Shown piece after piece: positions 1 to 12,900 of a stretch of 38,242 bases of DNA. Under the pieces are notes generated by a model. The model worked only from the letters and a program-made list of their open reading frames with translations, did no database searches and was not told the DNA's origin. Source of the stretch: a virus (taxonomy: Duplodnaviria; Caudoviricetes); the IMG/VR virus record IMGVR_UViG_3300032320_000142, positions 1-38,242 of that record, one strand, 5' to 3'. The stretch's first letter is position 1; each line of letters starts with the position of its first letter. The position numbers and the translations under genes are program-made.

Positions 1-258
1 GCCATCAAAAATCTTAAGTTGATTAACACCAGATGTATTATCATACCACAACTGTCCTTCAACAGGATTGTCAGGTGCGCTGTCGTTGGCAAAGTTTTCT
101 AATAAATGTAAAAAGTTTTCAGCAATAATTGTGCCGTAACCAGTAATATTACGTCCTGGAAATTGCAAGGATGTACTGTTATTAATGGTATTATCTTCTA
201 CCGTTAGTGCTGGTTTATCTAAATTTGTTGAATCTGTATATCTAACTTGGTATGACAT
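1..258 (-). CDS. Virion tail/baseplate-associated protein, N-terminal part (runs off the window edge)
   Basis: Not in the ORF track. ATG at 258-256 reads open to base 1: MSYQVRYTDSTNLDKPALTVEDNTINNSTSLQFPGRNITGYGTIIAENFLHLLENFANDSAPDNPVEGQLWYDNTSGVNQLKIFDG. The 'GYG..IAENFLHLLENFA...P..GQLWYD' pattern resembles tail-fibre/baseplate anchor N-termini of large phages. Starts 2 nt after the upstream stop. Confidence 0.8.
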   Translation of the reverse strand, partial: MSYQVRYTDSTNLDKPALTVEDNTINNSTSLQFPGRNITGYGTIIAENFLHLLENFANDSAPDNPVEGQLWYDNTSGVNQLKIFDG

Positions 259-260
259 AA

Positions 261-875
261 TTAAGCCTCATTGAAACCAGTTAAACTCTGTACACGAACA
301 GTATAATCAATTTGAATTAATCTGTTAAGTGACTTTTGTACTGGGTGGAAAATAACATGAGTTAGTAATCTACCGGTTCCGGTAGGATCATAACTTCTTA
401 GACCTAATTCATCAAACACATATTCGCCGTCGGTGTATGTAGCATTGTCAAATGCGTCCTGATTGCTAGGCTCGCCGTAGTCTAATAAACAAGTGATTAA
501 AATATCTGTGTAATTTGTACCAGTAACATGACGTGTTTCTATCTTATTTCTTGTTGGATCTAGGTTATTAGTGCTTCTATCATCAACTACTTTGGTATAT
601 GTTTCATTGTATAGACTAGCGTTGGACCCTGTACTGTTAGGAGTTAGGTATGTAATAACTCCTGTTGGATCTACTGATGTGCCGCCGTTGCCAAATACCA
701 TTTCATAAATGAATCCTTGGCCTGCATTTGCGAGACTTTCTGCTAATGCTATACTCATATTTTCGTAGTGAATAGCGTTTTTCTTATCAATAAAGACTTC
801 CTTAGTAGTTGGATCATATATTTTAATATGTCCTACTACTCGGATTCCTGAATTTTCATTTGGTTTTGTTGTCAT
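261..875 (-). CDS. Hypothetical virion structural protein (204 aa)
   Basis: Intact ORF between structural genes, preceded by a GATAAATA motif (897-904) and an AGGTG RBS-like sequence. C-terminal 'FDELGL...LLTHVIFHPVQKSLNRLIQIDYTVR' resembles tail-collar/baseplate beta-sandwich proteins (inference). Confidence 0.65.
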   Translation of the reverse strand: MTTKPNENSGIRVVGHIKIYDPTTKEVFIDKKNAIHYENMSIALAESLANAGQGFIYEMVFGNGGTSVDPTGVITYLTPNSTGSNASLYNETYTKVVDDRSTNNLDPTRNKIETRHVTGTNYTDILITCLLDYGEPSNQDAFDNATYTDGEYVFDELGLRSYDPTGTGRLLTHVIFHPVQKSLNRLIQIDYTVRVQSLTGFNEA

Positions 876-896
876 GTTAAAATCACCTGTATTCTA

Positions 897-904
897 TATT
901 TATC
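897..904 (-). promoter_or_regulatory. T4-like late promoter motif (GATAAATA)
   Basis: tatttatc on + strand. Close to the T4 late consensus TATAAATA, overlaps the stop of the giant ORF and lies 21 nt upstream of the next start. Confidence 0.6.
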
Positions 905-3900
905 GAGGCAAATTCGCTGCCTTAGCACGAACGAATTTTGCTTGGTCTGTTTGCGAATTCACTAGACTTTCGCCCTGTGCTACCCAAACTTTTCCTACTT
1001 TCTTCTGTACTATAACTTTAGAACCTTTCATTGGAGGTTCTGTTAAACGTACATAAGCACCTACATTTTTGTTTACTGCAAATTCTGCTTGTAATTGCTT
1101 GTCACCGCTAGGACTATCTGGGCCTAAACTTTCGTCCCAAATAGTGATTGGAGTTTTACGCAGTCTAGTACCTGCTACAAACACCTCAATGTCCATGCCT
1201 TCCCAGTACTCTAACGGAATACTTGTGTAATCTAATACTGTACCTGTACCCGAACCCACTGCGGTTGCAATAAATTCTGTACCTACTGTATTTGCAGTTG
1301 CACCAATACTCATATAATCGGTAGTTCCAACAGTATTAATTTTGTATCCTCTACCAGGCTGTATGTCAGTTACACTAATTTCTGTAGTATCTTTATACCA
1401 ACCTACTGCTGTTTTTGGGTTTGGTAGCGGAGCAAAAGGTAATAATATTTGAACATATCTAATTGCTTCTGGAGCCACATAACTGGTTTGTGCCACTGTG
1501 ACTGGGCCCACCGAGAACGAAGGATTTAATACAATTAAATCGTATGCTCCAACAACTTCTGGTTGTGTAATGAAAGTTAATTTTGTACTGTTAATATAAG
1601 TTGTCTTACATACTGAACGGCTGTGTGTGCCAATCATTTCCCCTGTGCTTACTGATAATATTACAGGAGAACCGCTGATGCTTTCACTGACTGTAATATA
1701 ATACTCGTCTGTAGTAGGATCCTGACCATAAGTTAAAACATAATAAGAAGTTGTTGTTTCAATGCCACCAAAAACTGCGCCGGTGAATACTATTTCTTTT
1801 CCTTCATATATTCTATCAATTGAACTTACAATAATTTCTCCTGCTGAATTAATTTCAGCGGCTGTAAAATTAACAGTTAATGTTGGATCGCCGACTATTA
1901 CCTGTACATTTTCTTTGAATCCGCTACCAGTTACTGTTGCAACTTGTGTTCCTAACGGGAATGCAGTATTATTATTAAAATTATACTTGACAGAAGTTAC
2001 TGACATTCCAAGACTATTTTCAAAAACTTCCGAACCCTGACTATAGCCGCCAGCAACTAAAACAACTGTTTCTGTTTCATCTTTGTAAGGAATAGTCTGT
2101 CCTACGCTGGCGTCAATTACCATTGTTCCTAAAGCGTGTGTCTGCGGAATACCTGTACCTAATGTACCTCTTCTTAGATACCTAAGTGTGTTTCCAGATT
2201 TTTCAAGATACTCGATACGCTCTTTATCAATGATAATAATACCAGGTTGATTTTGATTTCGCAAAGGTTCAACTAAATTAGAAGCATCAACTAATTCAAT
2301 TTTAGTATCATAATAGTTCAATGGTTGTGCCAAATAGGTAGTTGCATCTGCATCTAGTCTCTTATAGAAAGTTCTATTCAATAAATCCTTAAAGATTCTG
2401 TAACCAAATGGACGATTAAATGATACACTACTACTAAACACAATCACTTCAATAATATCAGTATCTGATAGGACTTTATTTCTATCAATTTGAATATAGG
2501 TTAAATTATCTTCTAAAATATAATCAATTTCAGGAGTTAATAATTCACCATTCAATGTTAGCCATATATATTGTGCGCCAATTGATGGGCTTCTTAATTG
2601 TATACGTCCTGCTAATAACTGATTTAATCTATAATATTCTGTAGATCCGATCGTAACTGTACTCGAAGAAGTAATAAAATCATTATTACGTTCGATGTCT
2701 AAAATATCATGATTAGTAAACGTTGTTACAACAAATTTTGCATTAGCAGAATAAGTGTCTAATAATCTAATTTGTGTATTAGTAGAATCTTTTTCGATGT
2801 AATATTCAGCATTGGCTAAAATCACTAAGGCAATCTTATCGCCTGCAACTGCTACACCGCGCTTGATTGTCAGTTGATTATTAGAAGACTTCCATGTAAA
2901 TTCTTTAGAAATTAATAATTCTTGTCCGTTTTTATAAACTCGAATTTTGTTAGTATCAATTGTATTAATAGCATAATCCACTGTGCTTACAAGATATGTT
3001 CTAGAAGTTCCTGATACATCAAAATAAACAGTGTCAACTGGGCGTAGTATTTTTCCAGCGTGTTCAACAATTACATTATTGTCAAACGGTTCTAAGTTGG
3101 CTGGTGTATTAGTCAACGCATACACTTGAGTTGTACCGTCATAAACAACAGTCTCCGAAGACACGCGACTAATGCTGTTTAATGTTGAACTTATTACAGT
3201 ATAATCAATAATTGCTGTGTTAGCAGGCGCTGTGGCAAATCTGATACCAATGTTACCCACTTCACTGTAGGTATTATCTGTAACAAAAGTTGTAACTGTA
3301 GTTGGAACTCCGTTAATTGTAACTAAAACAGAATAGTCTCCGTCCCATCTAGCAACTGTGACAAATTCTATCGATACACCGTCACCGATAAAGGAGTCAG
3401 AATCTAAAACATTAAGACCATTTCGGCTCATCGATGTAACAACAACTTCGCTGCCTACTGGCAAATTAGTTGGAAATACAATCTTTGCTAGTCCAAAATT
3501 TAATGTATAATCAACATCTTGTTTCTTTATCAATCCGTTGACTTTGACAAATGCCGCTTGTGTGCTATTTGGTCTTTGACCAATTAAAAATTCATTTTCT
3601 GGCTCTGTTGTAATATAGTGTCTTGTAGTAATAACAGGTGCACCATCTTCAACTGTGTGATAAACTGTAATTGCAACAGAGTCAATTACCTGTCCAGTAA
3701 CTACTTCTTCAGGAGCATAACTGGTTGTTGGCGTTACAAAATTGTCACCATCAATAATAATTTCTTCTGCACGGATTCCTCTAGCAGTGGTATATGTAAA
3801 ATCTCCGCCTGTGATTTCGGAATCAAGGAATTGTTGATTTGGTCTAAAACTTCCGTCGCTAGTGCTTTTACGGAAAATAATTATATCACCATCATTAACA

Positions 3901-6900
3901 TCTACGTATGCTGGAATAATTATTGGTTCATTGGTGCTGCCATCGCCTGTAAATGTATTCATTTGAGCATCAGGATTTGTAATCACTGGCGTAGAATTTA
4001 ATGTTGACAAATTGTTAGCAACTTCTATTGTTTTATTTGAAACCTCAGTTTCTTTTGCAGACAGACTTGTCTGCAATACAACCAATTCTCCGTTGGCTAC
4101 AGATATGTCACTAATTAACTGTGCTTCCTGCGCTTGATTTTCTGCTAAAAGTGTTTGCAGAGTAAAATACAATGGATCGCTTGGCGAAGTTACTGCTAAC
4201 TGTGCTTCTAAATCTACAATAACTGCCTGTGTATCAATTAGATCCTGCGTAAAGCCGTCTAACTCTGCTTGTTTAGCATCTGTTTGATTTTGTAAAACTA
4301 CCTCTTCTGCTGTTAATGTCTCTAACTCAGCAACAGTGATATCGTAGGCAGTTTTAGCAGATGTGTAGACATCATAATTAACATCATCTATTCTTATACC
4401 GTTTATGTATACAGTAATCTGTTCGCCATCTTCTGGGATATAAGGAAGATTAAATGAACGAGTAGTTCCGTCAGATACAACTAGATGATCTGTGTATGCT
4501 TCATCGAAATCGTCCCAGCCCGCAGTAAACCATGGAAGGCCGTCCCAGCCTGAACCTATCTCAAATCCAAGTCCAGTTACTTCAACACCGCCGTAGTCAA
4601 TGCCTTTCATTAACTGTCCAAGATCTTTACCTAACTGTCCAGTTGTTGGATTATAATAATACTGAATTCTATCTGCGGCTGATAGCAATCTAATATCTTT
4701 GGTATAAGATATAGTTACGTTTGCTGATCCAATTTCTGCGGCTGTGGTTAATTCAAGAATACCAATGTATCTTGTATAACCCTTAGATGTGTCTTTTCTG
4801 TTGTAAACTTCAAAATCGCTAGATAACAATTCCTCGTTAGACACTACCACAGATGTTTTATTTGTTCTTAAATCAATTGGCCAATTTAATTCAAACAAAG
4901 TTCTAGAGCCAGTACCGTTAAATGTCTGTGTTACAGTTATAGAACTGATTTCATAATTAGGTATTGTTCTGTCAAACTTAATTCCTATAGTGTTTGTTCT
5001 AGTTAAACCATTGCCTAGCACCGCTGTAGCAGTTGCAGGTGTAGTAGAAGATCCTGTAATGGAAATTACAGGTGTTGTTATATAGCCAGCGCCTGATGTT
5101 TCTACAATAATCTTAGTTACAGATCCTTGTGATATGTAGGCCTTGGCTGTGGCTGTTGTTCTTGCACTGCCGACTATTTCAATAGAAGGTGCTACTTGAT
5201 AATCAGATCCGCCATTGGATACTATTATTTCTGTAACACTATAACCAATATTATCTAACCAGTCACTATAAGGAGCATTTAAAATAGTTCTATCTGTATA
5301 AACTATTGAAGATCCTCTAACTTTTACATTGTAAGGAAGAATTTTTCCTTCTTCTTGGTTATATGCGGCAGGTAGGTCAAAATCTGTTGTACCAGTATTT
5401 GTATTATCAGTGGCTGTATAATTGCTGATAAATTCTCTGACTTTAGTGCGATATGGTTTAACTTCATTGATATAATCTTCGTAACTAGATAAACTATCAT
5501 TTTTGTAGTTAATTTTTTGCTGTAATTCGCCTAAGTTGTGCTGACTCTTGACAAAAGATGTCTTGAAAGCCCAATCAACAAACGGCTGTTCTGTGAATAC
5601 ATAACGAAGACTTGCAAAGAATAATTTATTATATTCTATTTCTAAATCATCTACTAATATATTATTTTTAATAACATCTAAAATAATTCTTAATTCTTCT
5701 TTTGGTTCATCATCGTATGCGTCGCCGTCATAGGTAAAACTGTCAAAACCAATATTGCTGTTAACAAATTTATAAAGATTTGAATTAAACTGGATAGTAC
5801 CGTTTTCTCTTCCTACTGTTCTATAATTTAAAGAAACATTATCTGTGATTAAGTTATTAATTCTTTCTAATAGAATCCAGCCGCCAGATTTTTCGTTTTT
5901 AATTTTTACTAAATCACCGACCGCAATGTCAATGAAACTCATCTCGTAAGAAAAATCGACTAAATGATTTATCTTAGTATATTCTGAATAACCGTCGGCA
6001 TACCAATCAATATAATTCCAGTGTTTTGTTACATCGTATGTTTGTGTTTTAGATCTAAACCAGGTTCCTAGTGTAGTGTCCCATATATATAAACTCCACT
6101 TATTGGCGGCCGTTTCATCGCTGTTAACTAGAATTGTAAATGGTCGTACTGTCAGTATTGTTGTATCTAGGTAATCTCTACCAGAATTATTTACAGTTAC
6201 TCCGGTAATTTCTCCTGAAGAATTTAATCGTGCAGTTAATTTAGCACCTGAGCCTGCTCCTGTGATTGTGATTTCTGGAGAGATTTTATAGCCTCTTCCA
6301 GATGCAATAACAATTACTCTAACAATTTTTCCTGCTTCTACTACAGGTGCCAGTGTGGCTTGTTTAAATCCTGTAGAGCCAACAAAACGAATTTGACTTT
6401 GTGTATCTATAGCAATATCATACTTGCCAGAAATTTCTGTAGGAGCATCTTCTTTAGAATTTAATTTAGACAAGTCTAAATCATCTATTATAGATCTAGA
6501 AATTAAAACTGAGTTTACACGTTCTGTAAATTGTTTTAATGCTTCCAATCGGTTAACAAACATGCCTTGTCTAGGTTTGTTTAAAATTCCGTATTTTAAT
6601 TTTGCTGGCAGTTTAGGATCAGGAACTTCTGCGCCTGTTATATCGTAACCGACAAGACTGTCAAACCATTTTTGTTCAACATACTTGTTAAGTTTTTTAT
6701 TAATATTGCCTTCGGCCAATAACTGATAATGTGCATGAATGTTTTGTTCTGTGTTATCAATAATCCAATAACGAATGTTCAACGCAACGTCTTTTGCAGT
6801 TATTAAATCTTTACAGTTTACTAGTGCAAACTGATTTGATCCTAATAGTGTAGCGTATTGGGCGCCTTGTCCTTTTGGATTTGCTATTAACTTGGCTACG

Positions 6901-9900
6901 TCACTTGCTGATGTTTTTCTAAATGTAACATTCGGTACTACAGTTTTATTCTTCACCCAGAAGTAATAGATATTTTTAAATGTTTTACTTACGTTGTCAT
7001 AACTTTGACGAACACTGTATACTGCATCTCCGTATCTAGAAGTTCCACTAATACCCAACACCAATCCAGTTTCTGTATCTGCTAGGCTATCCCACTCACT
7101 TGGAAGATATTCGCTTTCAACCCATTCGTAGATATCAACGCTGGCATTGTTATAAACATTGTTCCATGTGTTGGCTTTGTAAACAATTGATCCTTGTAGC
7201 GGATCTGCAAATTTAACTGTGCTTAAATCCCACCAAAGTTTTCCAACATTGTTATTTTTCCATGCCATTAAAGAATTAGTTACAACTGCATCTGTACCTA
7301 CAGAATACGTTGCTGGATCATAGTATGTTTTAAAACTTAACTCTTGTTCTGCAATGCCTAATATTTTTCCATTGATAGGATCAATAAAATCAAGATTTGC
7401 AATTATATTGTTTGTTCTAGTATTGTATAAAAATAACGATTTAATCTTAGACAAATTAACAGACGATTCTGGTTGGCGATATTTTGTCCATGATTTTGCC
7501 GTACTAGCAAACTCGTAGAATGCTCCGTCTGTTGATGTTTGATCATTAACGTAGACATTTTTTGCTACAACAAATGCATCACCATAATTAATTCCTAAAA
7601 CATTTTGTGGTTCTAATTCATCACCAATTAAGAATTTTGTATCGTATTTTTCGTAAACACGCACACTACCAGTAAACTCTTCTAGTTCTATAAATTTAGT
7701 AACGTTTAAATCAAATGTAGTGTTTTCGCCGTCAATGGTAGTTTCAATTGTTTGATTTCCACCATAACTATAGATTACTAATCTATCTCCGTCAGCATTA
7801 AATTTAACTCTATAACCAAATTTTTCACTGTCTTGGTTTAATGGGCTGGTTATTAAATCAAGCGGTTCGTAAACTGTATTGTTTAATTTAAACAATGCTA
7901 CTGCACCTTGGTTTGATGCAACGTTAGAATATCCTGGTGCGCCAACTGCAATATAAGACGAATCATTAGAAATTGCAACAGATGTAGCAAAATTGCTGCC
8001 TGTACTAATCTGTTCTAACGAAACAAAATCGCTGACGTTTAATTCTTTTACTGTAACAAATGTTGAACTCACTAACTTAACTACTAATACTGATTCATCG
8101 TCTTTAGAAATAACAACAGTATTATTTGTTGAAACATCAATATCGGTTATTGATATTCCTGGTGTTAGGTCCAACGAAGTTATAATTGTATTAGAAGTAA
8201 GATTATATGCTGTCAATGCCGCAGGCACTAATGTGCTACCGTCAATTGATAATCCACCTTTAGATACTATGTATAAAATATTTCCGTTGACTTGAAGTTT
8301 GTCTCCAAAATATTGAAATTGTGTTGGAGTAGAGTTTTGTATAACTCGAGTAAATTCATAACTACCGTAAATGTTTCTAGTAAATTGTGCTACATATCCA
8401 ATATCAACTTCTGTGATTATAGGAGGATCTAAAGGATCTGGATCCGGGATAGATACCACACCGTACTTTGGGGCGCCTACAAATAGGTAAGTGCCGTCTG
8501 CACTAAAACAAATACTATCGCCGAAACTACCATTTGTATCTGTAAATGTTTCAGTCGACAACGGAGACAACGTTTCTTGATAGGCCCAGCCAAAATTTAC
8601 AGTCGGTCTTGAATAATAAAGAACAATGTTAGATGCAGAAACCGCAAAGACTATTTCATTTCCGCTAATTGCCAGTGCTTTTCCAAAATTATCTTCTTCG
8701 CTGGTAATTTTTGTTCTGGTATAGTTCTTAGAAAACTTCCAAACACTCCAATTATTATTAACACCATCTGTCCATACTAGTTCATTATTTTTCTTAGCAG
8801 ATATAGGCAGAGAGTTTAAATCATCAATACTTGATAATCGCTGTGGTGTAAATTTAAACAGATTAATGTTTAACGATTTGTTAATTTCAATTATAGCCGC
8901 AGTATCTAAATCTGCAGGCATGGTTATTTCGAACCAGTTCAATCCTGTATCGATTACTTCTTTGATACCTTCAAGAGAAGTGCTGGTGTTGTTAATTCCA
9001 ACATAACTTCCGATTTCAATATCTACTGGCAGTTTTGTTTTTAGAACAAATCGCAGATTTGAAGTTTCTTCGACAAGTTTTATCGATTTTGCAAAATTTG
9101 TAAATCTGTATACGTTCCAAGAACTCTTATCAAATCCAAGCCAGAAATATTTTCCTTCAACTAAAGTGTTAATATCATAATCTGCAAATTCATCTTTTGA
9201 ATTAATTATGTAATCAACATCTTCATAGTTTACATATCCAGCAGTACGAATATATTCTTTTTGCGATGCTACTACAGGGAACGGTGCATGTGTATAATCA
9301 TCAGGTTTTAAATACACCTGATCCTGAGTAATACGATAGACGAAATCGTTTACACCAAATGGAACAACATTTACCAATTCGATCGGTTGAGGGTTAATTA
9401 AGAATTTTTCTTCGTTGAGAATGTATTCTACTTCTTCAAAACCTGCGTTGGCTCCGTACTGACCTAAACGAATTGCCCACTCTTCAAAGAACTCAAGACT
9501 GTCTTGCTCTGCATAATTTAGTGCGTCAAACAATTTAGAAAGACTATTCTGTGTGCCTTTCTCTTGTATCATGCCTTGATAGAACTTATACTGACTTACA
9601 TCGTCATTGATAATGTTTTCTAAGTACTGGCGTTTTTGATAACCAATTAAGTGTTGTGCAAACTTTTGTTGGTCAACATCAAAACTATCAGTGTCTAAAT
9701 CATAAAAATCTTCAAACTGTGTAGCACGATAATCCCAGTTAGGAATTAATTTACTTTCTGGTTTATCTGATAATTTGTACCAACTGTCGTAATCAAATGT
9801 TTCTGTTCCTGGAACATTTTGTTTAGCACTATAATAAAATTCTTTGTACTTGACTGTTTCGCCCAGTGAATAATCTTTCCAAGATTTCCATTCTGTAACT

Positions 9901-12900
9901 GTTGCACGGTCGTAGACAAAACCAGGAATACTAAAATCTCCGGTCCAGTCGCTGATTTTATATCCTACTATTTTAATTCTATCTTGACGATAACCCTGAG
10001 TTTGATCGTATATGATATCATTGAAAACTGTAGCGTCGTCAAGAATTAAAACGTGTTCCTTTTGTACAAGATTTAGTGTTGCGTGATATAGACCGTCTGC
10101 TGTATTTGTTGGACGCAGACTAAAACTATTTTTCTCTCGAACACTGTTTGTAAAACTTGGTTCTAATTCGATACCGTCTTGTTTAAAAATAGAATATTCG
10201 TAAAACGGATCGTAAATGCTGTCGACTACTGCATAGTCTTGTCTATAAACTAATTCTTCTGCGGCTGGGCTTAATGTGATTACTGCGCCATCTGCCCAGT
10301 TTTGTGTAGTCCAGAATGTAAATTCTTTAGCACTAGTTTGCCAGTCTGTGTTTGTTCTTAGGGCAGGATTAAAATAATCAAATGTAAATCCTGAATCAGT
10401 TAGATACTTGCCATAGCCTAATAGAAAATCAACTACTTCTTGAACAGTTTTTAATTCTGCGCCGTAATGAAGAGTGTCAATATCAGTTTCAAAATTTCTT
10501 CTTAAAGTAATTTCTCTGCCGCCAACAATTGGCAGCGAAGGTAATTTAGCAAAATATTTAAGTTCAAAAGTTGTAGTACTGTCGTGAGCTGTTGTCACTC
10601 TAAAATAATTATCATCTCTTTTAACAATCTGACCTTTACTGTAGTATTTTCCAGAATTCCAATCTATATAAGTTTCAGAAATTCCACCAACACTAATCTG
10701 AGGATCAGAAACAGTTGATACTGCTTTTTTATATTTAAATTCTGGAACTAATTTATCGTAGCCTTTGATTACAAATCCTGAAGTAGTTTTTTCAACAATA
10801 ACTCCGCTGTAATCAATTGTTGTTACGGGTGTACTTGAATTTAGAATAATATCATAATTTTCTTGAGGAATAAAAACATTACCTTCATTCAGTGGACTAC
10901 GACTATCTAAAATTAATTTAAATTTTTCTTTAGTTGTAAATCCAGCAAGTTTGCTAGAAATTTTTACTTGTAATGAACTAAAATTTGTTTTAAAATTATC
11001 TAAAATTGTAAATGATTTGCTTAAAGCATAATCTGAAAGATAATTAACCAACCCACTAGTAAACACCCGTGTCGAGTCTTTTACTGTGCTTGGAAAAATT
11101 ACGTTCTTAGTACTGAAACGCAAATTACCTTCAGGTAACTTATAAACAATTTGTCCTGTATCATCTCTGTACTGACGTATTCTATCAAATCCTAAAGCAA
11201 ACATTTTTGCCGGTTGCAGTAAAGTTAAGGCAGTAATTAATGCAAATGGGAATTGACTGTTGCGGCGCCATGCTGTTTCAATCGGTGCTTGATCGCCAAA
11301 TGTAAATTCGCGTTCTGTAAACACAGATACAAAATCAGCAACCATACCTACTGTAAGTGGGTCAATTAATTGTCCCTGATCATCTACTGGTAAAAATTTT
11401 AATAGATCTGGCCTTGCATACAGTTTGTTCTTTTCAGGCAATTGTCCTGGAATTCTAATTAATCCTTCTGACAAATCTTGCCATAGTAGTAAGTTGTCTT
11501 TAGAATATGGAGCAGGTCCGTATGTATTTTCCCACCAATCAGGCTGAATGCTAAAACCTAACATCTCCCATGGATGTGTATGTGGGCGATCTGTATCGTA
11601 GAAGTATTTGTAAATACCTCTCCAGAATCCTAAATGCGGTACACCCGCAGGATCTGCAAACGATTTATAATTAAATGTAAACGGATTATTCCTATCAAAG
11701 AATGTGTGTTTGGTATAATCATCATTAATTAATGTTGACCAATTTAAAAATTCCTGTCTTAACGTAGAATTTAATTGTTCAATTGACACATCGGTTTTTC
11801 TAAAGAATCCTGAAACTAAACTATCAATGTTTAATAATTCAGGATTATATCTTACCTTAATATTGTTGTAAACTCGTGTTTCAAATTCTAATAACAATTC
11901 GTCTCTAAACTCGTTGGGCTCGCCTACTTTAGAAAACGCCACTGTGATACTACCGTCGTGTCCTTGTATTACCTTTGTAGGTGTTTGATAGGTATCGTCA
12001 ATATAAATTTTTGGTTCGAATAAAGGATATAACCCCAATTTGCTAGGAGTTGGAGGAACACAGCAACCGGCTGTTTGTTCATATTGAACAATTTTTAAAT
12101 TATCGCCGGCTTGAATTGGGGATAAAATTCTTACAAAACTAGTATTAATAAAAATATAATCTCTACGGTGTAATATTATTTCGTCGTTGACATAAATCAT
12201 TACAGCCTTGGCGCTGGCCTCGTCTAGATTAAAGTCAAATGTTAGAGGATAATCTGTAAACGAATCATCGATAACTTCTTGCTCGTAGACAAAATTTACG
12301 CCAAACGGAACCATATCACTTAGATAAAATGGAGATTCGATTGTATTATTTTTTGTAGCCTCTGTTAATATTAAATCTAAATGTGTTCTTGTTATTCCGT
12401 CGTAGCCGTAATTAGTGGCTGTTCTAATTAAATTACGTTTGAATTTAGAATATTCATTTTTTGCATAACGTAAACTTTTTATAATGTTTACATTTTTATT
12501 TGTAAATGAATAAATGATCGGAGCAAGAGGGCCAGAATGCTGTACAATTTGTGTACCGTATCCGGATACATTTCCTAAATCTCTTAAATTACTAATTCCT
12601 GGAATAGATCCTTGGAAATTAGAATAATTATCTGTAATTGTTTTTACATGATTAGAAATTTGCCCTAGTGTTAAATCATATAGACTTAAATTTTGAGGAT
12701 TACTTTCTAAATTGCTTGGAAATTTATAATATCCAATGTCATCTATTTTTTCAGCAGAAGACATTGTTTCAATAAGCACAATGTCATTAACTTTGACATT
12801 AGAAATAAACTGAATATAGGCAATGCCGTTTTGTCTATAAATTTCAAAGTCAGTTATTTTTTTATTATTAACAAAAATTTTAACATCTAAATCTTCAAGT

